DNA of 64,000 bases. Source: an uncultured Gammaproteobacteria bacterium (GTDB taxonomy: Bacteria; Patescibacteriota; Microgenomatia; UBA10105; UBA927). Where the stretch lies: assembly GCA_964609895.1 (NCBI GenBank), contig CAZSTG010000002.1, forward strand, positions 84,373-148,372, read 5' to 3'. Positions 9,250 through 19,925 of the stretch are shown here, piece by piece; position 1 is the stretch's first letter; every line of letters starts with the position of its first letter. Position numbers and translations under genes: made by a program. The notes under the pieces are model-generated. The model was not told the origin of the DNA. It searched no databases and saw only the letters and a list, made by a program, of their open reading frames with translations.

Positions 9250-11263
9250 ATCACCGACAAAAGCAAAAACACTGACACGGTTTTTAAAAGGAAAATATTC
9301 CGTACTTGCCACCATGGGGCACATCAGGGACTTGCCGAAGTCGACGCTTGGTGTGGATGTGGAACACGATTTTACTCCGAGTTACATTGTTCCAAAGGAC
9401 AAGAAAAAACAGGTTGGTGAACTGGTTACGGCGATGAAAAAAGCAGATGACATTATTCTTGCTACAGACCCTGATCGAGAAGGAGAGGCGATTGCATGGC
9501 ACGTTGCATCCATCCTTGATGAAGCAAAACCTCGTTCAAAGGATGCAAAGCGATCAAAAAAAAGGGAAACGAAACCTACAGTATATAAACGCATTACATT
9601 TCATGAAATCACGGAGGCAGCCATTACTCACGCGTTAGAACACCCTGGGGTTATTGATATGAAACTGGTGGAAGCACAGCAAGCGAGGCGTGTTTTGGAT
9701 CGGTTAGTGGGATATAAATTATCTCCCATTCTTTGGCAGAAACTCTCTAAACGTTGGCTTTCCGCAGGTCGTGTGCAGTCCGTGACCGTCAGGCTTATTG
9801 TCGAGCGGGAAAGGGAGATCACACGGTTTGCAAAAGAGCCATATTTTACGATTTTGGGGAATTTCGCAGATTCTGCAGACATTGCAGCACATTTGGTGTC
9901 CCATAACGGTAAAAAATATGAAGAAACGGTAGCACTTGAATTGTTTGACGGAAAATATACGACCACCAAAACATCTATCTTGTCTGAAGCGCAGGCAAAA
10001 ACGATCATTGCCGATATTACCGCTCCGTTTACTGTAAGCGCTGTGGACAGGAAAGAAACGAAGCGTGCACCGCAACCTCCATATACGACGAGCACCATGC
10101 AGCAGGATGCGGGAAGAAAACTCTATTTTAGCGCCAAAAAAACCATGCAGCTTGCGCAGAAATTATACGAGGAAGGGCTTATTACCTATCATCGTACCGA
10201 CAGCGTGAACCTTTCAGAAAAGTTTGTCGGTGAAGCACGGGCATTCATCACATCCGTATATGGTGAGGGATATGTTCCGGAGAAACCGCGGGCATTTCAG
10301 ACCAAATCAAAAGTCGCCCAAGAAGCGCATGAGGCGGTACGGCCAACTAGTGTCGGAGTTCGGGATGAACAACTGAAAACAAATACGGAATTCAATCATG
10401 ATCATCTCAGGCTGTATGACCTGATCTGGAAGCGGGCGGTTGCCTCCCAGATGAAAGAAGCGATATTTGATTCGACAACGATTACCATTACCAGTGGGAA
10501 TGCCTATGTATTCCAATCACAGGGGTCTGTGATCAAATTTGACGGATTTTTGGCAATCACCGGACATGAAACAGATGATGCGATAGTCCCTGCAGTGGCA
10601 GTTGGAGAGATGCTGAAACTCAAATCTGCGGTTGTTGAACCACATGAGACACAACCTCCTCCGCGGTATACCGAAGCAAGCCTGATCAAAGCGTTGGAGG
10701 AAAAAGATATCGGCCGACCGAGCACCTACGCGCCGATTTTGTCAACGATCATTGACAGACAGTATGTTGCCAAGATCGAAAAAAAGTTTGAACCGACAGA
10801 GCTTGGGAATCAAGTGACTGACTTTCTTGTGACGTATTTTCCTGAGATTATGAGTTTGCCGTTTACTGCCGCCATGGAAGACAGTTTGGATGAAATAGCA
10901 AACGGAAAAAAGGAGTGGGCGCCGGTACTTGCAGCCTTCTACGCACCGTTTTCAGAAGCAATAACCAGAACTTTGGAAACGGCGGAAAAAGTAAAGTCGC
11001 CTGTCGAGGAACTGGATGAGCAATGTCCTGAATGCGGCAACACGCTCGTCGTTAGAACGGGGAAATTCGGCAAATTCATTGCATGCAGTAATTTCCCGAC
11101 CTGCAAATACACGAGGCAGAAATTGGAAACCATTGATATGAAATGTCCGAAATGCGGGGGAGACATCGTGGTGAAAAAGACACGGTACGGAAAAACGTTT
11201 TACGGATGCAGTAACTATCCTGCGTGTACATTTGCCGCGTGGAAGAAAGAAGATATAAAATAA
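9230..11263 (+). CDS. topA: DNA topoisomerase I (short form, two C-terminal Zn ribbons)
   Basis: MPLIIVESPTKAKT..ATMGHIRDLP (TOPRIM). Two CPECG..C and CPKCG..C zinc ribbons. GGAGG sits 9 nt before the ATG at 9230. Confidence 0.9.
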   Translation: MPLIIVESPTKAKTLTRFLKGKYSVLATMGHIRDLPKSTLGVDVEHDFTPSYIVPKDKKKQVGELVTAMKKADDIILATDPDREGEAIAWHVASILDEAKPRSKDAKRSKKRETKPTVYKRITFHEITEAAITHALEHPGVIDMKLVEAQQARRVLDRLVGYKLSPILWQKLSKRWLSAGRVQSVTVRLIVEREREITRFAKEPYFTILGNFADSADIAAHLVSHNGKKYEETVALELFDGKYTTTKTSILSEAQAKTIIADITAPFTVSAVDRKETKRAPQPPYTTSTMQQDAGRKLYFSAKKTMQLAQKLYEEGLITYHRTDSVNLSEKFVGEARAFITSVYGEGYVPEKPRAFQTKSKVAQEAHEAVRPTSVGVRDEQLKTNTEFNHDHLRLYDLIWKRAVASQMKEAIFDSTTITITSGNAYVFQSQGSVIKFDGFLAITGHETDDAIVPAVAVGEMLKLKSAVVEPHETQPPPRYTEASLIKALEEKDIGRPSTYAPILSTIIDRQYVAKIEKKFEPTELGNQVTDFLVTYFPEIMSLPFTAAMEDSLDEIANGKKEWAPVLAAFYAPFSEAITRTLETAEKVKSPVEELDEQCPECGNTLVVRTGKFGKFIACSNFPTCKYTRQKLETIDMKCPKCGGDIVVKKTRYGKTFYGCSNYPACTFAAWKKEDIK

Positions 11264-11345
11264 ATACTAATAACCCAATAAATACCAATACATCAATTCG
11301 ACCAATACATATCAATACATAGGATAAAAGTAGTATCATGAATGT

Positions 11346-11561
11346 ATGGAAGAACGGACAAAGACCATCGCGGCTGTAACCATACTCGTCAGCATAGTTG
11401 TTCTTATCATTGTCGTCGTCGGCATCATGGTGTCTTCCAAAAAGGTTATCTCGCCGGTTCCAGCGGAGGGATCAATTAAGATCATTTTCGTTTCTCCTAC
11501 ACCGATGGCTGGATTGTCTGCATCAGCATCAGCGGCACCCAAAATTCCATCTGGCAGATAA
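11346..11561 (+). CDS. hypothetical small membrane protein
   Basis: 71-aa ORF with one strong TM helix. Coding status uncertain. Confidence 0.25.
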   Translation: MEERTKTIAAVTILVSIVVLIIVVVGIMVSSKKVISPVPAEGSIKIIFVSPTPMAGLSASASAAPKIPSGR

Positions 11562-11586
11562 CGGATTAATTTGATACGGTTATGGT

Positions 11587-12201
11587 ATGCACATGATCGG
11601 CTCTATTGATACGGCAATTTTTTATGCGATCAATCATCTTCCGCACGGATGGCTTTCTGACGGATTTTTTGGCATGCTGTCCGGTCTTGGTGACAGCGGG
11701 TTTATCTGGTTAGTGATCGGCATCTGGCTGATTGCCCGTGAAGAAAAACGGGATAAACGGTTTTTTCTTCCGTTGGGAATTGCAGGGGGTATGAGCTGGT
11801 TTGTATCGGAAGTACTTATAAAATCCATTGTTGCCCGAATCAGGCCTTCCAATGTACTTGATCATGTCATAACGGTAGGTATCCCCAACGGATATTCGTT
11901 TCCTTCCTCCCATGCAACTCTCGCGTTTGCTTTTGCCGTTGTGCTTTCTTATAAAGAACCGAAATTCAAACGTCTGTTTTTTTTGCTGGCTGTACTGATC
12001 GGATTTTCACGCATTTTTTTGGGATATCATTATCCGGGCGACGTGCTTGCAGGAGCAGCACTCGGGTTATTGATCGGGTATGGTACCGTGTTTTGGCATA
12101 GACAAAGCGGTAAGCAAAAAAAGGTGAAGCTTGGGAAAAAAGAAAAGCGCACGCTTCATTCCGTGCACATTCGAAAGAAACAACGGCATCGCAGATCATA
12201 G
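11587..12201 (+). CDS. PAP2-family phosphatase (undecaprenyl-diphosphatase/PgpB-like)
   Basis: All three PAP2 motifs are present: KSIVARIRP, FPSSHA and SRIFLGYHYPGDV. Confidence 0.8.
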   Translation: MHMIGSIDTAIFYAINHLPHGWLSDGFFGMLSGLGDSGFIWLVIGIWLIAREEKRDKRFFLPLGIAGGMSWFVSEVLIKSIVARIRPSNVLDHVITVGIPNGYSFPSSHATLAFAFAVVLSYKEPKFKRLFFLLAVLIGFSRIFLGYHYPGDVLAGAALGLLIGYGTVFWHRQSGKQKKVKLGKKEKRTLHSVHIRKKQRHRRS

Positions 12202-12223
12202 TGCTTCATTGTATAATAAACAG

Positions 12224-12754
12224 ATGAAAATGAATGCAGCTCAACTTCGAACGCAACCGGTGGACACGGAGGTTGCCACAGCAATTGCCAAAAATCCTAT
12301 TACCATTATTTTGGATAACGTACTTGATACGTATAACATCGGATCTATTTTTAGACTTGCTGATGCGGTTGCTGCCGAGAAAGTGTATCTTTGCGGGGCA
12401 ACGGAAACGCCACCGAATACACGGATTAAAAAAGCATCCATTAATACATGCGAGTGGGTACAGTGGCAGTATGTAAAAACGACACTCGATGGGATTGCAG
12501 ACTTTAAAAAAACTCATCCTGACGGGAAAATTATCGCTGTGGAACAAGATGCAAAGAGCATTCCATTTCAGGATGTTATCTATACAATGCCAATTGCGAT
12601 TATTGTGGGAAACGAGACATACGGTGTAAGCAAGGAAGTGCTGGAACGTGTTGATACGATAGTAGAACTTCCGATGTTTGGCATAAATACTTCACTGAAT
12701 GTCATGGTAACGACCGGAATTGTATTATATGACGTCGTGCGGAGTATCCGTTAA
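12224..12754 (+). CDS. SpoU/TrmH-family RNA 2'-O-methyltransferase
   Basis: ILDNVLDTYNIGSIFRLADA, IIVGNETYGVS and LPMFGINTSLNV are SPOUT motifs. ORF 12131..12754; start chosen after the PAP2 stop. Confidence 0.8.
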   Translation: MKMNAAQLRTQPVDTEVATAIAKNPITIILDNVLDTYNIGSIFRLADAVAAEKVYLCGATETPPNTRIKKASINTCEWVQWQYVKTTLDGIADFKKTHPDGKIIAVEQDAKSIPFQDVIYTMPIAIIVGNETYGVSKEVLERVDTIVELPMFGINTSLNVMVTTGIVLYDVVRSIR

Positions 12755-12759
12755 AATTT

Positions 12760-13749
12760 GTGGCTAAAAAAACAGTTTTTCTTTCTATAGTTTTTTTACA
12801 ATTAATATGTATTAGTTTGCTTATTTATGGGGCGGTAAAAAATCACGCTTCGGTTTTAGGAACGTATTCTTTATCTCCAATAGATAAAACATTTATATTT
12901 TATCCGACAAATTCATCACTTCAATATTATTATGAACTTCAACCAAATAGTGTGAAATATGAAGATCTTGAATTTTTGGGTTTGTCAGGTGAGGTAAAAC
13001 ATACGATAAATCAAGACGGGTTAAACGAACGGTATGATTATCAAATTCCCAAGCCGGACAATACATACAGGATAGTTGTATTGGGTGATTCTTTTACTGA
13101 AGGGATGTTTGTGGATACAGAAAATAATTATACGGAACTTCTTGAGGATAGACTGAATGTTTCGTTGCGCTGTGCAAATTGGATTCACTTTGACGTTATT
13201 AATCTCGGGGTTGAAGGGTACGATATGCAATACAACGCTGAGCGATGGAAGCGAAAAGGAATAAAATATCAGCCTGATCTTGTGATTTTGTTGACTGAGG
13301 AAGATGACTTTATTCAACCAAATGAACTATTTCACCCAGTTGTTGAAAAGATCCAAAAGGAATTAGAGGCAGCCTCCATTGCCGAAATAAAAACATTTGA
13401 TACATCAAAAGATTTTTATGAAGCTTGGACGCTGGCGTCTCAGGAGATACTGCAAGCATATAACGGAGATATTACACAGATCATATTACAATCGGCCGAG
13501 AGTCTAAAAACAATCACAGCTACCTATGAAGGTCCGTTTATTATAACGACATTGAAAAGTACATCCAAATCAATTTTGCAGGAATTACAATTCGTTCAAA
13601 ATCAACGTCCTCAAACATTTTTGTTTACTATTGGTGACTATGATATGTTTCCCGATGGTCATCCATCCAAAGAGGGTCATCGACAATTTGCGCAATTTAT
13701 GTATGATCAGTTGATGAAAAACGACATAATTTCTTGTGATATACACTAA
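12760..13749 (+). CDS. membrane-anchored SGNH/GDSL hydrolase family protein (paralog 1)
   Basis: N-terminal TM. RIVVLGDSFTEG (block I GDS), GVEGYD, and C-terminal DGHPSKEGH (block V DxxH). Confidence 0.65.
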   Translation: MAKKTVFLSIVFLQLICISLLIYGAVKNHASVLGTYSLSPIDKTFIFYPTNSSLQYYYELQPNSVKYEDLEFLGLSGEVKHTINQDGLNERYDYQIPKPDNTYRIVVLGDSFTEGMFVDTENNYTELLEDRLNVSLRCANWIHFDVINLGVEGYDMQYNAERWKRKGIKYQPDLVILLTEEDDFIQPNELFHPVVEKIQKELEAASIAEIKTFDTSKDFYEAWTLASQEILQAYNGDITQIILQSAESLKTITATYEGPFIITTLKSTSKSILQELQFVQNQRPQTFLFTIGDYDMFPDGHPSKEGHRQFAQFMYDQLMKNDIISCDIH

Positions 13750-13755
13750 TATAGT

Positions 13756-14745
13756 ATGAAACCTGTATCAAGACTTCTATGGGGAAGTATCGTGTTAATT
13801 GAATGCGTGTGTCTTGTCATCATTTGTTATGAATTTTGGTATCAAAAGACGCATGTTCCTGTTCGTATACAAGTAATGCCGATACAGAAAGAATATCTTT
13901 TTTTTCCTCAGGATACGAATTTGAAATTTTATTCCGAGCCGAAAGCAAATATCAGTAAACAGGAAGACTTGTCGTATATTGGTATATCCAAAACAATAAC
14001 GCATACGTTTAATGCGGACGGCCTGAATGAACGGTTTGATTATCCGCTAGAGAAAGAAAAAGATGTGTTTCGGATTGTTTCCCTCGGTGATTCATTTACT
14101 GAAGGGGCATTTGTTGATACAAAGGATACATATTCCGAAGTGCTAGAGGATATGTTGAATGCACAACTTTCATGTTCGGGGATACGGCGTTTTGAAGTCA
14201 TCAACTTAGGGGTAGAGGGGTATGATATGCAGTATTCATTAGAACGGTTTATACGAAAAGGGGAGAAGTATCATCCAGATCTGGTCATTCTTTGGACGAA
14301 TGAAAATGATTATACAGAGAGTAATGAAAAACTCGGTGCATTTGCACAGGAATATGATCCTGATACCGAAGCTCCAGCACAAGTGCAGATGTATAAGGAT
14401 AAGGGAGATTATTACCCCGCGTTGACCGTACTTGTTGAAGAATATTTCCGTCGTCATATACGTCAGGAACTGATAGATGAAGAACTTGGGTACTTTCAGA
14501 TGTTCGCTACACGTTATACTGGCCCGCTGCTTGTTTTTTCCTTGGAAACGCTTCCTGCAGACATCAGGGAAACACTACAGCTCATGATTCAACAGAATCC
14601 GTATGCATATTTTTATCCGTCTATTCCCGATTCATACAGCGCGTTTCCGGATTACCATCCGTCACGAGAGGGGCATGCTGAATTTGCAACATTTTTGTTT
14701 CAGAAGATGAGAACTACTTTTTTTTCTGTTTGTAAGACCAGATAA
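13756..14745 (+). CDS. membrane-anchored SGNH/GDSL hydrolase family protein (paralog 2, tandem duplicate)
   Basis: RIVSLGDSFTEGAFVDT...DYHPSREGH. Same length and architecture as the upstream gene. Confidence 0.65.
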   Translation: MKPVSRLLWGSIVLIECVCLVIICYEFWYQKTHVPVRIQVMPIQKEYLFFPQDTNLKFYSEPKANISKQEDLSYIGISKTITHTFNADGLNERFDYPLEKEKDVFRIVSLGDSFTEGAFVDTKDTYSEVLEDMLNAQLSCSGIRRFEVINLGVEGYDMQYSLERFIRKGEKYHPDLVILWTNENDYTESNEKLGAFAQEYDPDTEAPAQVQMYKDKGDYYPALTVLVEEYFRRHIRQELIDEELGYFQMFATRYTGPLLVFSLETLPADIRETLQLMIQQNPYAYFYPSIPDSYSAFPDYHPSREGHAEFATFLFQKMRTTFFSVCKTR

Positions 14746-14748
14746 CAG

Positions 14749-15897
14749 TTATTTTTGATTTTCAATTTGCAGCGCCTGTGAGAGTATCGGCAGAAGAATA
14801 GAAGCCACCGATTCGTTTCCTTTTACATTTAAATGTGTATCCCGCGGATGAAAATACTGCTGATTGTCTGTATTTTCCAACCATAACGACAGAATATCGA
14901 CGTATGGTATATTCAGTTGATCAAAATAGGTTGTGAGTAATCGTTGCGGGGTGGTTATGTCAAATTCCGAAAATGAACGACCCATGCGGAGTGCTGCTGA
15001 TGCGAGCAGTTCTGTGTTGACTTGAAATTCCGCCGGTATCAGCACAACCAAAAAACGGGCATTCATATTCAAAGCGTCATTCTGCATTTCACGTATTGCA
15101 TGTTGTACAGATTGCAACTGTGTTGTTGAAATGGTGTTAGGGATGAGAATATCGGCTAGGTTACTTGTCAGGTCTATGTATTCGGATTCTGAAAAAGAAG
15201 GAGTGATCGGATCATATTCGGCGCCTATATATGTTCCGGATTGCGCATATTGAGGAGCGTTTTGTGTGGTTGCTTCGTGAGAGGTTATCTGAAGATAATA
15301 TGTTTTTAAGAATGAAGCGAGATATGATTTTTGAAAAAACTTTTGGAGCATCGCTTTATATGTTGGCCGTTGTGTTTCACTTTCAGTGATGATCTGATCG
15401 TCGGAAAAATCATTGCTTAGAGAGAGAACAAGCATAACGAGGTCGGGATCATATTTTTTACCCTTTTCCTCAAGAATATTCTTTTCCGCTAGTGGACCGA
15501 TACAGGGTTTACCTAGATTGATGATTTGTACCTGCATGTCCGTTTTTTGTTGCAGTTGTTGTTCCATTATTCTGATAAAGCTTTGGGCATACGGAACGGT
15601 CGCAGTGAGTGCTGAATCCCCAATGACAACGACTCGTTTTGTATTTGGCGGTTTTATAAAAGAGTATTCAGGACTGTAATTTCCCTGTGAGTTTATGACA
15701 AATCCGTTGAGCAATGTGTTGGGTATGAGTTGGCAATCGGCTGTGTTGTCAGATTGGGAGGTAACCTCTGTCTTTTTAGCATATTGTGTGTAGAAACGGA
15801 GCGGTTGAGAAAATGGGGTGATACAACGAAGAAGAATTTCTATGAGAATACTCACTATAAGAATGCCAAGCACGCTTTTACAAAAGTTTTTTACCAT
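14749..15897 (-). CDS. SGNH-like hydrolase / AlgX-AlgJ-like protein (paralog 3)
   Basis: N-terminal TM. RVVVIGDSALTATVPY and C-terminal HPRDTHLNVKGN (DxH). Confidence 0.55.
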   Translation of the reverse strand: MVKNFCKSVLGILIVSILIEILLRCITPFSQPLRFYTQYAKKTEVTSQSDNTADCQLIPNTLLNGFVINSQGNYSPEYSFIKPPNTKRVVVIGDSALTATVPYAQSFIRIMEQQLQQKTDMQVQIINLGKPCIGPLAEKNILEEKGKKYDPDLVMLVLSLSNDFSDDQIITESETQRPTYKAMLQKFFQKSYLASFLKTYYLQITSHEATTQNAPQYAQSGTYIGAEYDPITPSFSESEYIDLTSNLADILIPNTISTTQLQSVQHAIREMQNDALNMNARFLVVLIPAEFQVNTELLASAALRMGRSFSEFDITTPQRLLTTYFDQLNIPYVDILSLWLENTDNQQYFHPRDTHLNVKGNESVASILLPILSQALQIENQK

Positions 15898-17590
15898 TTT
15901 TTTTCACAATATAATTGTTGATAATCAGATAATCCATCGGCGTTTTTAAGAAATCAACAACTGCCTGACGCGGCGTTTCCACAATTGGTTCTCCCTGCAG
16001 ATTGAAGCTGGTATTCATGATACATCCAATGTGTGTTTTTTTTGCGTATGCTTTGATGAGAAGATAATATCTTCCGTTTTCCGGAGCAACAGTTTGTATG
16101 CGACAGGATTCATCTTGATGGACAATTGCCGCAAGTTTCTGCTGTTTGTGTTTTTTTACCTGAAAGCAGAAATTCATGAATGGGGACGCATGTTTTTTTT
16201 GCGGCACGTCGAAATAGTCATGGATGGTTTCCTGCAGCGCTGATCCCGCAAACGGTCTAAACTGTTCTCTGTGCTTAATGATATTCATTTTTGTTTTCAT
16301 GCTTCTCGGATTGGTTGCCGCAAGTATGGAACGGTTGCCGAGTGCCCGCGGACCAAATTCCATGGACCCCTGAAACCAGCCGATGATTTTTTTGGCGGCG
16401 AGCATCGCGGCAGCTTTTTTCACCAAGAGCGTTTCATCGTCAATTTTTTGATAGGAAAGGTGCGGATATTGCCGCAGCACGCGTTCGATATCTTCATCAC
16501 TTTGGCTTGTGCCGAGTGCGAGGGTGGGAAGTTGTTTGTGATGAACTGCGACTGATCCAAAAAAGTTGTAATACACATAGAGCGCCGCACCGATTGCCGT
16601 ACCGCTGTCACTTGCACTTCCTAAGATATGAATTTTTTTAAACGGTGTCTGTCTGTAGAGTTTTCCGTTTGCGAGTGCATTGAGCGCGACACCCCCGCTC
16701 ATGCACAGGTGCTTTTCGCCTGTGATTGAGTACAGATGATGGAGTACTGCAATCAACAGTTCCTCCGTCACCTTTTGGAGGCTTGCAGCGATGTCCTTAT
16801 GGCGTTTTTCCATCGGTTCATGTGGTTTTCTGGAAATTCCAAAAAGTTTTTCAAAGCGTTTATTCCACATTGAGAAGGATGTCTCAAATCCGAAATACCG
16901 CATGTTGAGACGGAAACTGCCATCGGGTTTGACGTCAATCAGTTTTCTGATTTCAGCCTCATATGTTGGTTTTCCATACGCGGCAAGTCCCATGACCTTA
17001 TATTCATCCTCATTAATTTTAAATCCCAAAAAAGCGGTCACAGTGGAATACAAAAGTCCGATGGAGTGCGGAAAATCAATGAAACCGAGCTTCGTGATTG
17101 CGTGTCCGTTTGCTGCCCACAATGCGGTTGTTTCATACTCTCCGACACCGTCTACAGTAAGGATTGCAGCATGAGAAAATGGAGATGTGAAAAAAGAAGA
17201 CGCCGCGTGGGAAAGATGATGGGGAACAAACATAATCTGTTTTTTAAAATGGAGCCCCTTTCGTATGGTGTGTTCGACTGCAAGTTTTGATCCTAGCCAG
17301 TCGGGTATGGATGTGAGAAACGGTCTGATTCCGCGCGGGTAGGTGGCAACAAATGTTTCAAGGATTCGCTCAAATTTCAGGAGCGGCTTTTCGTAGTATG
17401 CAATGACATCGACATCGTCCATTGTGTAGCCAGCAAGTTGCAGTACCCGTGTGACTGCCTGCAGAGGAAACTGGTTGTCATGTTTGATTCTGGTAAACCG
17501 TTCTTCTTCAAGAGCTGCGATGATCCGGCCATCGACAATGAGTGCTGCGGCACTGTCATGATAAAACGCTGATATGCCAAGAATGATCAT
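15878..17590 (-). CDS. NodU/CmcH-family carbamoyltransferase
   Basis: MIILGISAFYHDSAAALIVDG..EEERFTRIKHD, VPHHLSHAASSF and the C-terminal QDESCRIQTV..NTSFNLQGEPIV region match the family. Confidence 0.85.
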   Translation of the reverse strand: MIILGISAFYHDSAAALIVDGRIIAALEEERFTRIKHDNQFPLQAVTRVLQLAGYTMDDVDVIAYYEKPLLKFERILETFVATYPRGIRPFLTSIPDWLGSKLAVEHTIRKGLHFKKQIMFVPHHLSHAASSFFTSPFSHAAILTVDGVGEYETTALWAANGHAITKLGFIDFPHSIGLLYSTVTAFLGFKINEDEYKVMGLAAYGKPTYEAEIRKLIDVKPDGSFRLNMRYFGFETSFSMWNKRFEKLFGISRKPHEPMEKRHKDIAASLQKVTEELLIAVLHHLYSITGEKHLCMSGGVALNALANGKLYRQTPFKKIHILGSASDSGTAIGAALYVYYNFFGSVAVHHKQLPTLALGTSQSDEDIERVLRQYPHLSYQKIDDETLLVKKAAAMLAAKKIIGWFQGSMEFGPRALGNRSILAATNPRSMKTKMNIIKHREQFRPFAGSALQETIHDYFDVPQKKHASPFMNFCFQVKKHKQQKLAAIVHQDESCRIQTVAPENGRYYLLIKAYAKKTHIGCIMNTSFNLQGEPIVETPRQAVVDFLKTPMDYLIINNYIVKKNGKKLL

Positions 17591-17591
17591 A

Positions 17592-17780
17592 TTAATAGGG
17601 TGATGAGAAATAGTGTTTAGGCAACTTTTTTAGCTGCGGTAGCTTCCAATAACTGTTGCCTTTCAATGTTGTGTGCGCGGTTGTTTTATGCAACATCCAT
17701 GCAATGCCAATCGCGAAGATATAGAAGATGCCGACAATGAGTGAAATAAATACCGTGTTTAGCTTTTTGACAAGTTTCAT
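17592..17780 (-). CDS. hypothetical small membrane protein
   Basis: 62-aa ORF with one TM helix, immediately upstream of the carbamoyltransferase on the same strand. Confidence 0.2.
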   Translation of the reverse strand: MKLVKKLNTVFISLIVGIFYIFAIGIAWMLHKTTAHTTLKGNSYWKLPQLKKLPKHYFSSPY

Positions 17781-17968
17781 AAAATCGGGTACAGGAAGAC
17801 GGGCAGCGGGCTCACCTGTGCACTGACAACAAGAAGCGCAATGATGATGAGAAAAAGGATAACAGGAATAATCCAGATTTTGTTCGAGTGTGTCGCCAAG
17901 ACGATAAGCTGTTTTATCGAATGAAACATACAGAAATTATTATAATCGAATAGTTCCTCAAAAAACAA
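17777..17968 (-). CDS. hypothetical small membrane protein
   Basis: 63-aa ORF with one TM helix; overlaps the previous ORF by 4 nt. Confidence 0.2.
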   Translation of the reverse strand: MFFEELFDYNNFCMFHSIKQLIVLATHSNKIWIIPVILFLIIIALLVVSAQVSPLPVFLYPIL

Positions 17969-17982
17969 ACGCCTATTGGGGA

Positions 17983-18011
17983 TTGACGCGGGGATAAGCT
18001 TCCCGTATAAT
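17983..18011 (+). promoter_or_regulatory. candidate sigma70 promoter for 16S rRNA (TTGACG, 17-nt spacer, TATAAT)
   Basis: TTGACG at 17983-17988 and TATAAT at 18006-18011 with a 17-nt spacer, about 170 nt upstream of 16S. Confidence 0.45.
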
Positions 18012-18063
18012 TAACCTTTGCAATGAGAAAGTAAGCCAATTCGCTTCGTGTTATTGGGATAAC

Positions 18064-18111
18064 CCCGCACACAAGGCGGGCTTTTTTTTCTCTCTTTTTT
18101 GCTCCTTAACA
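18064..18111 (+). promoter_or_regulatory. rRNA leader: boxB-like hairpin plus boxA-like antitermination element
   Basis: Hairpin CCCGC-acacaag-GCGGG (18064-18080) followed by a T-run, then GCTCCTTAACA (18101-18111). That differs from E. coli boxA GCTCTTTAACA at one position. The boxB-then-boxA order matches rrn leaders (established knowledge). Confidence 0.4.
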
Positions 18112-18179
18112 TAGTTTTGCAAGCAGTATAGTCAGTACAGTAAATATCTTGGTGAATTAAACGGTGATAGGAAATTTTT

Positions 18180-19666
<1,487 letters not shown>

Positions 19667-19860
19667 AATTAAAAAATCGAAGACAACAAAGCATACACTA
19701 GGCCATTGGCCTACACTATATGAAGAGTGTCGTTAGATTTTGACACGCATCTCTTGAGAGAGTGCGTACGTAAGTAAAACTATTCTCGAGCAGAATAGTT
19801 CTCTCAAAAACCCTAGTTCCTGTCACCGTCTAGCTCGTCAAGTATTTACTGTTTTTCCTT

Positions 19861-19886
19861 ATCCCGCTTTGCACGCGGGATTTTTT
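19861..19886 (+). terminator. intrinsic terminator after 16S rRNA
   Basis: ATCCCGC-tttgca-GCGGGAT hairpin followed by TTTTTT. Confidence 0.5.
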
Positions 19887-19925
19887 GTGGAACAATAATG
19901 TGTAAGGGTATACTATGTAAAATAC

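Noticed and set aside
18064-18089. Hairpin plus T-run in the 16S leader as a terminator of an upstream gene or small RNA
   Set aside because: The upstream genes are on the minus strand. The hairpin's position before a boxA-like element fits a boxB/antitermination leader better, though a short attenuated leader transcript cannot be excluded.
19667-19925. ITS with tRNA-Ile/tRNA-Ala and start of 23S downstream of 16S
   Set aside because: No cloverleaf-compatible sequence was found by manual folding. A strong terminator and then a protein gene follow, so the 16S appears monocistronic.
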